A DNA stretch of 64,000 bases from the human T2T-CHM13v2.0 reference genome, Homo sapiens (GCF_009914755.1 NC_060940.1), one strand, 5' to 3'; positions 29,858-44,825 are shown, numbered from the stretch's first letter. The notes: a model not told the origin generated them from the sequence alone. Numbers and translations are program-made.

Positions 29858-30150
29858 CCTTTATTTTATTTATTTATTTATTTATTTATTTTTATTCATC
29901 CGCTCATCCTTCCACCCATGCATCTCTATCTATCAGAACTTACTGACTGAGAGTTGATTATGTTCCAGGTTTGGTGTCAGGTTCTGGGATATCAGAGATG
30001 AGATGGCTCCTGTTCCTTGAAGGGACTAGACCCTAGACCCACTGAGAGGCAGTGATGGAGGCTCTTTCTGGAGGACTAGGAAAAGGAGCTATAGGGACTT
30101 GAAGGACCGAGGTTCAAGGCTGGGCTGAGTCTGGAAGGATAAAGGTATAT
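29858..30150 (-). mobile_element. (TTTA)n plus L2 3' relic
   Basis: tttatt repeats, then ttactgactgagagttgattatgttccagg...ggttctgggatatcagagatgag. Confidence 0.55.
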
Positions 30151-31981
30151 TCTTCTGGGGAACAAGGAGAAATGTTCTCCTTGACCTCTAAAGTTTCACA
30201 GCAACTGTTCCTTTTGCTTGGACAATTTCCAACTCTCCTTCCTCTCTCCGGGCCTCCACAATAAATACACCACTCCTTTACCAGGAAAATCTAATAGTAT
30301 ACATCCTCCAGCATCACAGCTTGAGAGAGCATGTGCCCAGGGCAGGCTTTCCTAAGCTGTGCTGACTTGGCTGTGCCTCCCACTGACCCAGGCCCTCAGG
30401 GGTCTCGTGCACTCTCCCCAGAGCCTGCACCCCTTATACTTTCCTGGCAGGGAGATGCCATGATCACAGAGTCTGCACCCCGACATCATCAGCTATCATC
30501 TGTCTGTCTGATTTTGCCCATAGAACAGGAGTCCTGTGATGAGAGGAGACATCCCGGCTTGTTCCCCACTTTATAGGGGTTGGATGGTACCTGGCATGAT
30601 GCCAGGCACTTCATGGGTGCTCCATGGATGCTCACTGAATGCAGACTGAGTGAACAGATGAGACCATAAAAGGCTGCCCCCAGGACAGAAGATGAGGACA
30701 CAGAAGAATGGCATTTGTGGAGGACCCATTGTGTGGATGGCAGGTCCCCCAAGGCTCCTCACACACACTATGCAGGAGGTAGGTGGATTCGGGTGGAGTC
30801 CTCTGGAAGGGAGGCCTATAGATGGCCGAGGGCAGAGGCAAGGTCAAGCTCACACAGCTTGGCTTCTTGCTCCTTGACTCCCTCCACTCTCAGAGTGAGA
30901 GCCCCCCATCTTGTGGGGTGAGGGGACTTCTTCAGCATGTCCAGGCTGAGATTTCCTCCTAGAGGGGTCAGGGGCAAATGGCCCGGCTGAGAGAGGGAGG
31001 GAGAGGCCCTCACTGGGGCCAGGGACTGAGCCATCAGGCAGCAGCACCCAGGGATTTAGACATCCAAGGCAAGACAGACCCGAGCTAGGGAGGGTGGTGG
31101 CTTCTGACAGAGGCTGAGTGGACCCAGCCAAGCCTGTAAAGGCAGAAGCAGAGTGGAAAGGGGCCAATGAGGGCAACAGGGAGAATCAGGGAGAGACAGC
31201 CAGGATGGAGAGAGGCATGGCCAGAGAGGGGAGCAAGGAAGGGGAGTCAGGTGGGATGGGCAATGTGTAGAGCGGAGGGAAGAGAACAAGAAACTCAAAA
31301 GCAAATGGAATCACAAGGGAAAAATGGACCAAAGGAAAAAATGTCAGAGGGGCCGGCATAGAATAGGGGAGAAATGGAGACAAAAGCAGGAGAAAATGAC
31401 CTGCAGTCATGAAGGGCAGTCTGGGAAAGCCAGGCAATGCCTCCAGCCCCTATGGGAACATGGCCCAGCCCTCCCCTGGGGTCTTAGCTTGTCAGTCCTC
31501 CTGCTCTCCTCCAGGCTATCAATAGCTGCCTATCTAGTATTGAACTCGATTCCGTTCTAATTCTGAGACATCTAGCTCCCCTGTGACATCCCAGGTCCTC
31601 TGTGGGGTGTGTTGGATGATAGGACGATGAAAAGAAGGTGAGATGTAGGAAGGAGGAGTGAGAACCCAGGGCTGTGTGCAGCCGCACATCAGGTGCCATA
31701 AGGATGGGCTACTGACCCCTCGGCTTGTTCCCAGCTGACCTTTGAATGTCAAGCAGCCTGACTGACCCATGACTGGCCCAAGGAGAGCAAGTGGCAGGTA
31801 CCACTCAGACCTTTCCATGGGGCCTGAGGAAGGGATCCTGTGGGCTTTTTAACCCCAGCCCTGGCTGGGTGTCAGGGCCAAGCTCCTTCATTATTCTGAA
31901 CCTCTGCTTCCTCAATTACACAATGGAATACTAAGTAATCATCTAACAAATGGTGTTTAATGGTAAAAGCAGTCATGAATG

Positions 31982-32519
31982 TGTAGGCGTAGTAAGTCCA
32001 CTGCCCAAAGCACACAGTGAGTCAATACGCTAAGACACTGGGATGCAGCAGAGTCAGAGGTTTAATCAGAGGGTCACTGAACAAGGAGATGGGAGGGAAC
32101 CTCAAATATATCTCCCCAAGGAGTTTGGGGCTAGGGTTTTTAAGGGTTTTGGAGTGGGCCAAAGTGTGGCGATTATCGATTGGTTGAAGAGCGCAGGGTG
32201 AAGCGTGAAGTCATGAAATGGAGAGGAAGAAGCCGTGTTCTCATACTCATCCTGTTCCTCTATGGGGGTCTTCAAACTGGTTGCTGGAATTTGGGGTCTG
32301 TAAAACATCCCAAGCAATCCTTAAACAGAAGACTTATGATTTCAATGTCAGAAATTCTGCCTCTAGAAACGAGGATGGAAATGGTCAGTATCTGGTGCTG
32401 CCTGAATTTTAGCAACAAGGAAGCGGGCCAGAGAGTAGTCTGATGAATGCTTAATTATAACTATATATCTGTCCAGAACCCGGCATGCAATTCTTGTCAA
32501 CCCTGTGGGGATGGTTTCC
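31982..32519 (-). mobile_element. MER66-like ERV1 solo LTR
   Basis: Ends taattataactatatatctgtccagaacccggcatgcaattcttgtcaaccctgtggggatggtttc (reverse of TGAAACCATCCCCACAGGGTTGACAAG). Confidence 0.75.
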
Positions 32520-33079
32520 CCACCTACCCCCATCCACATGGCCCCAGCTCGTCCTTCCTGCCGGACAAGCTGACCCTTGGTGGGCAGCTTGCAGAATGTT
32601 CATTCCTGTCTGTAGTCTTCCCTGAAGAAAGCACAGCACTGACCCAAGTAAGGCAACCAGTCTTACTTATTTTTCATTTTCCCTTAGCCAGGGACAGCCT
32701 GCCATTACCCTCCCTTCTGTTTAACCTATAGATATCTATATGGTTTCTCCAGAGCCTGCCGAAAGAGCCCTGTTTCAATTAACTTAAAATTCTCTCTTAA
32801 TGAGCAGTAGCATGAGATAATAGACATGTAAAGTTGGAATGGGACCTTGGAGATCTTCTAATCCAACCAGAAAATTCTATATCTCGGGACACCAGGCCCA
32901 GAGAGGCAAGGTGACAAGAACAAAGTAACCCAACTGAATAGAGACATTGCGACTTGAACTTAGTTCTCCTAATTCACAAGCCAAGGCTCTTTGCATAAAA
33001 CCACTATCTTTCATTTGTTTGCTGATTCATTTATTTATTAATAAGTGTCTGGACTTGAAATACACATCTCTTGGTTTTG

Positions 33080-33570
33080 ACTTCTCACAGATCCTCCCTT
33101 TTCTCCTGGTGCCAACAGTCCCTTTCCGTCGGATAACTGTCCCTGCCCCATCTCATGTGGTCCTGGGAGAATAAGCACCTCTACTGTCCACCCTCACTCC
33201 AGAAAGCTAGGATGAGAGGCAATGGAAGTTGATGCTCTGGCATGTATTAATACTATACCATCTCCCTTACATGATCCACAGGTAGAAATGTGACCCAGGC
33301 ATGCCAACGAGCCTCCCTGGAGACTAAGGCTCAAGGAAGCCTTAGCAGGGGAGAAATAATCCTCAGTCCCCTTCCAGCTGCTCCCACTGGAATGCTAAGC
33401 TATGAGGATGTGATTCTGCTTTTGAATTGCCAACTTCTATCTTTCTAACCACTGAGAGAGAGCCTGCCTGAAGCAGAAAGCCAGCACACAGGGGCCAGCA
33501 GAGCCAGGAGTCCAGAAGAAAGACAGAGTCCTGGCAGCAACACTGGAGCTGCGGATCCAGCTGGCTCCTC
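33080..33570 (+). mobile_element. LTR16-like old ERVL LTR relic
   Basis: Motifs atgtgacccaggc...gagagcctgcctgaag...agagcc...gagtcctg...ggatccagct. Confidence 0.5.
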
Positions 33571-35825
33571 AAGGAGCCCCATCTTCTAGGGAAGAAAGCC
33601 ACCAAAAATTGCATACGGCAAAGCTGCAAAAAGAAAAACAGCATCTGTCTTTCATTCTGATGCTGACATTACCTCATTTAACCCACAACACAATTCCATG
33701 AAGTGAGTATGGTTAAGTCCACTTGACAGGTGAAATAATTAAGCCTTTGAGAATTGAAATGTCTTGTCCTAAATCATAAGTCATGTACTCAAGACGAACG
33801 CCCAGACCAACTTCAAAGCCAAGATGTTGCCCACTTTTCCACACTTACTTTTCTGTGATAGAGAGAAGTACAGGATGGGTGGCAGTGGAAACCCAAAGGA
33901 GGTAAACTTCCCCAGCCCAGGGCTGGAAGGATGAGGGGAAAGTTTGCCCTCATTAGGAATATAGGCAGCAAGCTCTTCAACTGTGTCTTCAAGAATGAGC
34001 CAAAGTGAATGGGGCTAGGGAACAGGAGGAGAATGCTTTTGAGAGAGGCCTACAGATTGTGTCTGACATACATATTCTGGTTTATCATTTCCATTTCCAA
34101 AGCAAAGAGGCTTCTCTGTGTTCAGATAGTGGCAGCCATCAAAACCATGCAGAAGTTACTTCTTAAAAGAGACCCCTCTCTCCCTCTCTTTTACCCCCTC
34201 TCTCTCTTTATCTCTGCTCAATTTCTGCTGAAGCCATTGGGAGTTTGGAGTCTACGTTCCCGGGTGATCCGAGGTGACAGGAAGATTCAGGCAGGCATCC
34301 CATCTGTATTCCAGAGAGCCTCGCTGCGGCATTACTTAAAAGGCATTCCGCAACCTTTTGCCGCTGCTTTCTTTAAAGGCTTCAGCAATCTCGATATTTT
34401 GGTTCAGTGTCACTATAAAAAAGCTTTACAATGCCAGCTCGGGAATTAGAAGATATATTTGTAATAAGAATTGCTAACCACTGTCAGCTGGTAGGCCCAT
34501 GTCCATGCATGAAAATGATGCCATTAGCTTACACGACTGTGGGCAAAATGTAAAGATCACGGATCATATAAGAGACTGAGGAGAGGAAGAGGGAAACATT
34601 AAAGAAAAAGAAAAACCAAACCCACACTCAGGGGATTTCTGGCAGTCAGAGTGATACAGCTAACACGTATGCATCTAGCCCTTTGATGAGGTAGAAAGCT
34701 CAATACTACTTGTCTTTGCAAATACTAATTTCTCCCCCTTTATTTTATCTAACAGCTTTCTCCAATAGTGTTGATGAATCACACAATTGCATTTTAATGA
34801 GGCGATGGAAAAGTCTGAGAGAGAGAGGAGGAGGAAGGAGAACAGAAGAGCAAAGGAAGAGAAGGGTGGTCCCTCAGCACCCAGGTCCATGTGCATTCAG
34901 GGCATTGAGTGACACCCAGCCTGCCCCTGATTGGAGAGCTGGGCCAGTCACATGGATAAGTGTGTACAAATCAGGTTGCAGAACCAGGTAAGCTGGAGCT
35001 GGGCTCCTGCTCTGCCATTTCCAGGCTATGCAAGCTTTGGCAGGTTGCAGGTATTATCAGGGCCTTCATTTCCAGCAGAATTAATTCCCTTCCAATGAGA
35101 GAAAACATGGCTGCCTATCTGCTAGGTTGTAGGTGTTGGGGATACTCTAGTGAATGCAATGGCCAAACATTCCTGCATTCATGATGCTTCCAGTTTGGGA
35201 CGAGGACTTTCATAAACCCACTGGCAGGCACTTGGATGAGGATCACGTGGGACAACAGCCAAATGGTCAGGAGTGCAGCTGTCTGATTTCAGAGCACACA
35301 CTCTTGAGCCCTAGACTAGGAAAGTCTTTTGTCTCCATCTAAGCTCACGAAACAAGCAGGCCCCAAATACCAAACTCATGGGCTTGGTGTCTTCTGGAAG
35401 TGTGTGTAGCTCATTAACGGTTTCCCATAAAGAGACAATGTTAATACCTATAACCTAATACAACAATGTAGTAATCATTATAACAGCAATCAACATCACC
35501 AGAACACTTTAATGAATTACTGATAACTTTCCATCACCTTAAAGAAAAACACATTTGAGCAGCCAATCCCATGAGAAAACAAAAGAGACACATAATGATT
35601 AATAACTAATCTATGGTAAATGGGTTATTGTGCTTGCGGGGAGGCCTCACACACTGAATGTTCAGATTTCTATCAAAACACCTGGTGCAAGTCAGCTGAG
35701 CCCTTAAGCTGGCTGGCAGCTGAATTTCAGAAATGAATATCAGACATGGATTTAGAAGATCAACTATGTCAGTCCTCCCTTCTAATTCACTCCTTCCTCT
35801 CTTACATCCATTCTCCTTTCATTCC

Positions 35826-36300
35826 TTAATCAGTCAGGGTTCACTCAGAAGACAGAAACCAACCCAGTTATTTGAACAGGGAGAATTTAATATAAAGAAT
35901 TGTTCACTAGGAATAAAGTTGATAACTAGATAGTTGGAAAAGGGTAAAAAGAGAACCCTGCAGTATCATAGTTCAATCAACTGCAAGAAAAAGCTATCGC
36001 TCCTAGGGTTGGGAAAACAAAGAGAACAGGTTGGAATTATGACACTCTCAGGGAATGGCCCCATGGAGCCAGGACTCAGACTTCTGAGGAAAAAATGCCC
36101 ACCAGCTCCAGCAGGCATCTGGAGAGGGGGGATGGGACCAGTTCTGCAAGTGTTGGAAAAACTGCAAAGTGCAATCAATTGTGTATGAAGAAACTGCTCC
36201 TGCCAGGGAGAAGCAAGGCCAGGGTGCCACCCACAGGTCCTCCCACAGGACTGAGAACTGACAAGAAGCCCAGAGAAAGCAATCATGTAGGAAGAAGGCT
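35826..36300 (-). mobile_element. Old ERVL-class LTR relic
   Basis: atcagtcagggttcactcagaagacagaaacc...gaatttaatataaagaattg resembles the reverse of an ERVL LTR end. Family not resolved. Confidence 0.45.
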
Positions 36301-36327
36301 GCCACTATATATGTGCATTTATTTATT

Positions 36328-36530
36328 AGTTTTGTTTGTTTGTTTGTTGTTTTGTTTTTTGTTTTTTTAAGAGAAACAGGGTTTTGCTCTGTCACTGGGG
36401 CTAAAGCACAGTGGCTATTTACATGTGTAATCATTGTTCACTACAGCCTTAAACTCCTGGGCTCATGTGATCCTCCGACCTCAGCCTCTAGAGTAGCTGG
36501 GACTTCAGGTGTGAGCTGCCATGCCGACTA
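36328..36530 (-). mobile_element. FAM (fossil Alu monomer, 7SL-derived)
   Basis: Monomeric; contains cagtggctatttacatgtgtaatc, the reverse of the 7SL/FAM-specific CCTGTGAATAGCCACTG segment that dimeric Alus lack. Confidence 0.75.
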
Positions 36531-38206
36531 AATGGAAGAGAGCCGTTGTATTTCTTCCACCAAAAATATTCCCATCTCAAGTCTTACCTATCTCCCTAAC
36601 AAATGAATGAATTTGAGCATCAGAAAACACAGGAAGTTTTGGTTTTCTCAGATACTTTACACTGTACCAAGACTCAAACCATAAATTAATATTGTTTTAA
36701 AATTGCAGGCATCTTATCTATGCTAGCACATCCATTATCTCATTCAGTTTTCCTCAAAGTTCCTGAAAATCAGGTATTATTATTTCCACTGTAGAGTGGG
36801 CAGTCCACTACCACCTACGGAGGATGAGTAGGTTGGTCGTCCAGAGTCACACCCAGACCCATCAGACCCAGGCCTGAAATCTTACAAACAGCACTCTCCT
36901 GGGAGGCTGCACCACTTTCCCACATTTATTCTGTTAGTATTCGCCATTTAGCAGTTATCATGGAGCTTCTACCACTTGCAATGCCCTAATGCCCTATATG
37001 TGGGGGATATGCCCAGAGCATAAGGGAAATAAGACACAGAGTGGTCCCCCAAAAAATCCCATTCCAGGGAGAGCATGAGACAGCTGACAAACTGCATCCC
37101 TGTTGCATGCACCATCTTCCATGGTGTGGTGGTCTAAAGAGATGCTCTAGGGAAAAAGTCTTGTCTCATCAAATGTGTTTGGAAATATGCTGCTAACTCA
37201 ATCCTGTCTTGGAAGGTCACCATGCAGGGTGGCATAACAAAATCTCTGAAATAAAAAGAAATAAGCTGTAATGAGAAAAGATTTGGTTCAACCAAGTGTC
37301 TGGCTAGCTGACGTCATGAGTCTGGTTTGCACACAAAATTTATTAATATTCCATGGAAACAGTGTTTTGTATTGAACACTTGGGGATGCTGCTGTGAGGA
37401 ATGAGGGGCTTTTATGGGGCAATAGGAATATGAGGAAATAGGGCACCGTTGTACTTCTCTTGAGCAGCCATAGGCCATGGCCTCTGAGCCTAGAGGCAGG
37501 GAGGAGGAGGAGGCCTGTGTGAAATGCTGGAGACCCAGGAGTTTACAGGAAGACAACTTCAGCTAATGTCAAAAGTGTAATTGGGAGTAGATGCCCAGCT
37601 CTCTAATGGGGAAAGCAGAGACAAGGAGACAGGAAGTACAGCTTGGAAAAGCTCACTAATTATCTCAGACAGCAGCTTTTTAACCTGATGCCCTTTGAAA
37701 TGCTTACTATGTGGCATCTTCAAGTCTCTTCTTATGCAATGTGTAAAACTGGCACAGAATTAATATGCAGAACATATTTAAAAATCATACAAATCAATAA
37801 GGGGAAGACAAACGCCCAATACAGGAACAGGTATAAGAAAGGAACTAGCAAATCTCAAAAGAAAATTAAAGAAGGTCAATAAATATAAGAAAATATACTC
37901 ATCTTGACAGTTCAGTAGAATGCAAATTAAAGCAAGATATCTGGTTTTTGTGGTTTTTTTTTGCTTTTCATCAGATTGCAAGAAATTTTAAATTTGATGT
38001 TACTGAATTTTGTAGTAATGTAAAATGTTCTGGCCACATTGGAGAGCAACCTGGTATTTTCTGCTAAAATTTAAAATGTGCATACCCTCTGTTCCAGCAA
38101 TTTCATTTCTTACTATCTATTGCAGATAAATGCACAGTGAGATGTAAAGCTGTTCACTGCAATATTGTTTGCAATAACCCCAACTTTGAAATAACCAAAG
38201 TCCTCA

Positions 38207-38752
<546 letters not shown>

Positions 38753-38954
38753 ACAATGATCTAGGTCTGTATGCACTAACAGTATATGCCATAAAAAGGT
38801 AACACATCATCATGTATAAAACCAAAACATGTATGTTTATCCACACAAAATGATAATTACATAAAAACAAGAGGAAAGATCTGAGAGGAAATACCTCAAA
38901 CTGATGTCAGCAGGTGCCTCTGGGGATAGGGGCAGACTTGGGTTAGAAGGTCAA

Positions 38955-39326
38955 TGTATTAGTCCATTTTCACACTCCTATAAAGTAGTACTTGAGACTG
39001 GGTAATTTATAACGGAAAGATGTTTAATTGACTCACAGTTCTGCATGGCTGGGGAAGCCTCAGGAAACTTACAATCATGACAGAAGCTGAAGAAGGAGCA
39101 AGTACCTTCTTCACAAGCCATAAGTGGCAGGGAAGACAGAGCAAGCAAGGGGAACTGCCAGTTATAAAATCATCAGATCTCACTCACTATCATGAGAACA
39201 GCATGGAGGAAACTGCCCCCATGATTCATTCACCTCCCACCAGGTCCCTTCCTTGACACATGGGGATTTATGGGAATTACAATTCGAGATGAGATTTGGG
39301 TAGGGACACAGAGCCAAACCATGTCA
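38955..39326 (-). mobile_element. MSTA/THE1D-type MaLR solo LTR
   Basis: tgtattagtccattttcacac...gagccaaaccatgtca; perfect 5-bp TSD gtcaa. Confidence 0.92.
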
Positions 39327-39362
39327 GTCAAGGCAGATCCAAGATTTATCTGTAGTGTTTGA

Positions 39363-39737
<375 letters not shown>

Positions 39738-39842
39738 CCTTAATTTTTAAATAAAAGCAATTTTATGTGAAATGATGAACAAGTACATGGTATGAAACAA
39801 AGACAGACATCACTTTCAGCTGACACAGAGCAAAGAGGGTAG

Positions 39843-40113
<271 letters not shown>

Positions 40114-40558
40114 GATTTACACAAACCTCTTACAGACGGCAAAACTGACTTTTATTTATAGTGTCACTATCAGTCTATCTATTTAGCACTAACAGCTTCT
40201 GCATGTGGAAAGAAAATGGCTTTCCTAGAGCACCTGCTCTGCACCAAGCTCAGTGGAGAGCCCTTTGCAAGCAGTTGCTCATCAAGTCTTCACCACAATC
40301 TTATGAGGTCAACATTGCTAGGCTCTGTAGATAAGGAAGTATCCCAGAGCTTGTTTTGGACAGAGCCCGGTCTGAAATCCAGATGTGCTTGACGGTACAT
40401 CACATGGTCTTTCCAAAACCACAACCCTCATATTGTTGAGCTATGCATAGGTGCCCATGTATATTTATCTACAACTTATCTACCTACTTACCATACCTAC
40501 CTATTTATCATCTATCCATCTATCTAATTTCATAATAATAAGCAGTTGTGTTTATACT

Positions 40559-40777
40559 ACTGGTTCCTAGTTAATGGTGATTTTGCCCCCCAAGGGACAT
40601 TTAGCAAAATCTGGAGACATTTTTAAACATCAGAACTGAAGAGAGAGGGGTACTACTGGCATCTAGTGGGTAGAGGCCAGGGATGCTGTTAAACATTCTG
40701 CAATGCACCAGACAGCTCCTCACAACAAAGAGTTATTCAGTCCCAAATGTTAAAACTGCCAAGGTTGAGGAGTCCTG
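40559..40777. mobile_element. MER20 DNA transposon
   Basis: gattttgcccccc...gggacatttagcaaaatctggagacatttt...tactggcatctagtgggtagaggccagggatgctg. Confidence 0.88.
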
Positions 40778-42039
40778 GTCAATACTTATAAGAATTGCTT
40801 AAAATTAGACACTTTCGAGATGGGCTGGCAAGGTCAGTGTAAAATGCCCAACTTCTGTTTTGTCTCTGAACCCAGATTTAGCTAGCTCCCACAACCAGAT
40901 AATATATGACAAAGAAAAATTATTGCTTACTGCCCTTTGGACAAAAGTCGGTCAAGCTTTTTCTGTAGCTTCTTGGAAAACCAAATAGGAGAGCCCAACT
41001 AGCAGAGTCCAACAGAGTAAAAGATAATGCAGCTGATGCCAATGTGAAGGTTAAGGAACAGCTGAAAACAGCCTCTTTGATTTTTCTCATCCAGGGAAAA
41101 GCTTATGGAAGTCCCAGCCCATTACATCAGGAAAGTATGAAGAATATTAAGAAGTAAACAGAAATAGCCAATTTTGCATTTGGATCCTATCTTTTTTTTT
41201 TTTCTGATCAGATAGCATTTTGACTTGAAGATGTGTTTGGCTAAGTCATCTTTCTGAGTATTTATCAACTCTCAGTATAAATTCTTCCCATTTTGTGTCT
41301 TTTCAAGTCTATATCTATTAGTGAAAAGGTGACAGTGATAATTAAAATCTAATTCTATCCCTGCATACATAAAAAAAACAGAATATGATCTCCTGTAAAG
41401 CTCTCAGAAATAATAAAGTCTCCATATCTGCCAAGAATAACAGTGATTTTAAATAGATAAGGCGTGGAGAAGACACACCCAGAAATGCAGGGAAATTGTT
41501 GTTTTTCAAGAAGCTGCTTTAAAATGCAGTAATTGATTGACCTACTGTTGGAGACAGTTTCCCCATAGTTAATAGCCACTGTTCCCAGACAAGGGAAAGA
41601 CAGAATCCTTCCATTTGAAAACAGTCTCCACTAAAACAAAATGATGGAAGAGATAACCATGTTGTCTGGTATGTGCACCATAACCAGATGGGGTTTCACA
41701 AGTTGCTGTTACTCTTTTACCCCAGTGAGGGGAACATGCTATCAGTGGTCCTGTAAAAAGTGCATCTGTGCTTTACTGAGTCTGCCACATCTGTTAGTCA
41801 GTGGATTGGTGTGTACCCAGAGAGTACTTCCTCTTGGGGATTGGTGTCTTGTCCCAGGGCAGGCTGCATGGTACTGGGGCCAACCCTTGTTTTCCCTCTT
41901 TGGCTAATGGGTAAAATAGGAAAGGGAATTCTCTGTGCCCCGCTCTTTCCCCTTACCATCCCTGTAACTTGTAGGCACAATGATGCAAGAGAGATAGCAG
42001 TTGGGTCAAAGTCAGGGCTTCTCCAGACTTTCATAGTCC

Positions 42040-42538
42040 TCTTCCTCAGAGCTGTTCATCACTTCTTGCCCCTGCCCAAGTCCACCCCTTGCTCTCCTCT
42101 CTCCTGCCTCTATTCTGGAAGCTTGACCTGCATGGACTGCATCAAAGGACTCCCTTGGCTCATCATATCTCTTTGCATGTGGCCAATGCAGAGCCCCAGC
42201 CGGAGACTCTAGAGAGGAAGAAGAATGAGATCAGGGTACTTAGCCTTCAACTTCTTCCCTACAGGTTTCTGTGACAGGACTAAACCTGCTAAAACCTGAC
42301 AGGACTCCTGCTATGGCATCCCTCTCCTTCCAGCACCATTCTCTCCTTCCAGGTGCTTGTGACCTGCTTCTCTCTGCCCTTATTGGCCTAGACATAATAA
42401 TGCCTCCTCCACTGTTCCTAGTATCTGGGTGCGGCACTGCCCCTTGTGAGTGCCCTACACCCTACTCGCTGTTTTATAAACATTCCTCCAGGTGTGCAAT
42501 TTGAGTGTGCCATCCACTTCCCACTAGGTCCAGACTGG
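42040..42538 (+). mobile_element. LTR33-like ERVL LTR relic
   Basis: tgacctgcatggactgcatcaaaggactcccttg...ggccaatg...ttgagtgtgccatc. Confidence 0.65.
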
Positions 42539-43227
42539 TTTTCCCATGTCTTTCTCAACTTGATGTTATCAAGTGGGTTTGCTTGGCCTTAGTCTTGGAG
42601 CACCTTGCAAGCAATTTCACTTCAAAAGCCTTTCCACTCCCAAAGTGCACTCAGGACCGATGCATTATCTAAAGTCATTGTCCCAGCCTTCTCTCTGCAG
42701 TGGGAAAGAGAACTACAAACGAGGGGAAAGAGAAGCTAGAACATAACCCACGTTGTTCATGTGGCAGGTGAGAGAGTGGAGAAAAACAAAGTAGACCTGA
42801 GTGAGGCAGTGAATTTTGACTCCCTGCTCTGCATCAGATTGAGACAAATTCGTGCAAAGAGTGAGTTATTTGTCAAAGGGTTTCTTCAATGTGTCTTTCT
42901 CATGGAGTTGGGAGTTGAATGCAAAGCTCTCCAAACTCCCCACTAATTTAAAATCCAAACTCTGTGCACGATATCCCTTGAGCCAGGATTCATGGCTCAG
43001 AGTTAAGTTGACTTTCCATCTCCCAGTCCCCAGAGAGACAAACTAACTAGTTATGTTTATGTGTCTGTCTGTTTTGTTTTATTTTCTCTTCAGTCTTTGG
43101 CCGAGGCATGAAAACAAAAGCTTTTTCTCTTTTACTTAGGGCAGATGCTGAATCATGGTGGATCCTTATATCCAAATTTCTCTCAAGAAAGAAGTAATGC
43201 ATGTATTTTGGTTCTTTTTATTTTCCC

Positions 43228-43427
43228 CCATCTCCCTCCCTCACCTCCTCCTCCTGCTCCCTCTCCTCCTCCTCCTGCTCCCTCTCCTCCTCCTTATCCC
43301 TCTCCTATTCCTCTTCCCACTTCTCCACCCCTTCCCTTTCCTCCTCCTCTTGCACTGTCTCCCCTCCTTCTCATCGTCTTTCTTTTTCTCCTCTCTTTCC
43401 TCCTCCTCCTCCTTCTCCTCTTTCTTC
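43228..43427. repeat. CT-rich low-complexity tract
   Basis: (CCT)n-like repeats; source of the Pro/Ser/Leu-rich ORFs in the track. Confidence 0.9.
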
Positions 43428-44041
43428 ATTGTGCGAAGAAAGTCAATGATATGACCCCAATGATACCCTACTACCCAATAAGCCACTAAATCAAAGCAAT
43501 AAAATGCATGAGTCCAGGAGCAACTTCAGTCTCTCCTGCTATTCAATAGATCAGGCTATTTTATTTAAAAGGTATAACTCTCATGCATCTGAATTTGAGC
43601 TACAAAAAAAAACTGTCCATAAAGGGACATGCCAATTCTTGGGTTGTCAGAGAGCAAGTGATCGTCCCACAAGCAGATCCTCAGCCCACACTGTGCAGTT
43701 TTAGAGAGCAAGCCGATTGAAACACAGTTGGGAAGTCCCCCACATAAACAGAATCAAGCAGCCTGGCTTCAGGAGGCTGTTCCACTGCAGTAACCGACAT
43801 GTCCTCTGCAGAAGTCCTCCTACTCCTCCTCCCACTGTGGCTATTCTGTATAAACTACATTTCAAGGCATGGTAACAACTGAAGAGTGATGTGCCACCAG
43901 CATCCCTAAAACTGCTTTTAGCTGAAGGAAAGGAAGCTTGGAAGGCAGTAAGCCCAGGTTTTCCCCGGATTCAAGAACAATTAGGACTTGGGTTGGAGGG
44001 GTCATTTCAGCTTCCAGGAATGTTTTTTTAAAATGTCCTAC

Positions 44042-44825
44042 TGATATGGGAGGGGGGCAGGGAAGTGCTGGGTAGAGAAGGGTGGGGTCCTTGGTGAGGG
44101 CTCCACCCTCAGGCCTGTGCCCACAGACCTACATGAGGATGAGCATTTCTGTTTTTGCACCCAAAAAGTTGCCTTTTGACCCACCACACCCCCCATCCTG
44201 TGCCCATATAAGCCCAAGACCTTAAGTAGACACACACAAGTGGCTGGGCATCGGGAGGAACACACCAGCAGAAGAACACACAGACATGCCAGCTGGCCAT
44301 CGATGATGGAACAACATGAATGCCAAGTAAATTCGGCTGGGGATGGTCAGAGGAGAGTCTGGCTGCTGAGACGCCTGACTCCAGGGGAAGGCCACCTTCC
44401 CATTCCATCCCCCTTCTGGCTCCCCATCCATCTGCTGAGAGCTACTTCCACCATTCAATGAAACACTGCACTTATTCTCCATGCCCACATGTGATCCGGT
44501 TTTTCCAGTACACCAGGGCAAGCACCCCAGGTACAGAAAGCTCTCTGTCCTTGCGATAAGGCAGAGGGTCTAATTTAACTGATTTACACAAACCACTTAC
44601 AGACAGCAAAACTGAAAGAGCACACTGTAACACACGCCCAGTGGGGCTTTGGGAACTGTAAACACTTAACTGTAGACACTGCTGTGGGGTTGTAGCCCAC
44701 ATTCCCCATGATCTGCCCATCTGCATGCTCCCCCTAGGAGTTTGAGCAGCGGCGCACCCAATAATCCAGCCACACCCCTGTCCCAAGCCCTGTGAGGAGG
44801 ATAAGGGAAAACTCCTCCCACGTCA
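44042..44825 (+). mobile_element. LTR1-family (LTR1/MER52 group) ERV1 solo LTR
   Basis: Start tgatatgggaggggggcagggaagtgctgggtagagaaggg; end ...ctcccacgtca; perfect 4-bp TSD ctac at 44038-44041 and 44826-44829. Confidence 0.87.

Noticed and set aside
43145-43489. Proline-, serine- and glutamate-rich ORFs
   Set aside because: Produced by the CT-rich low-complexity tract.
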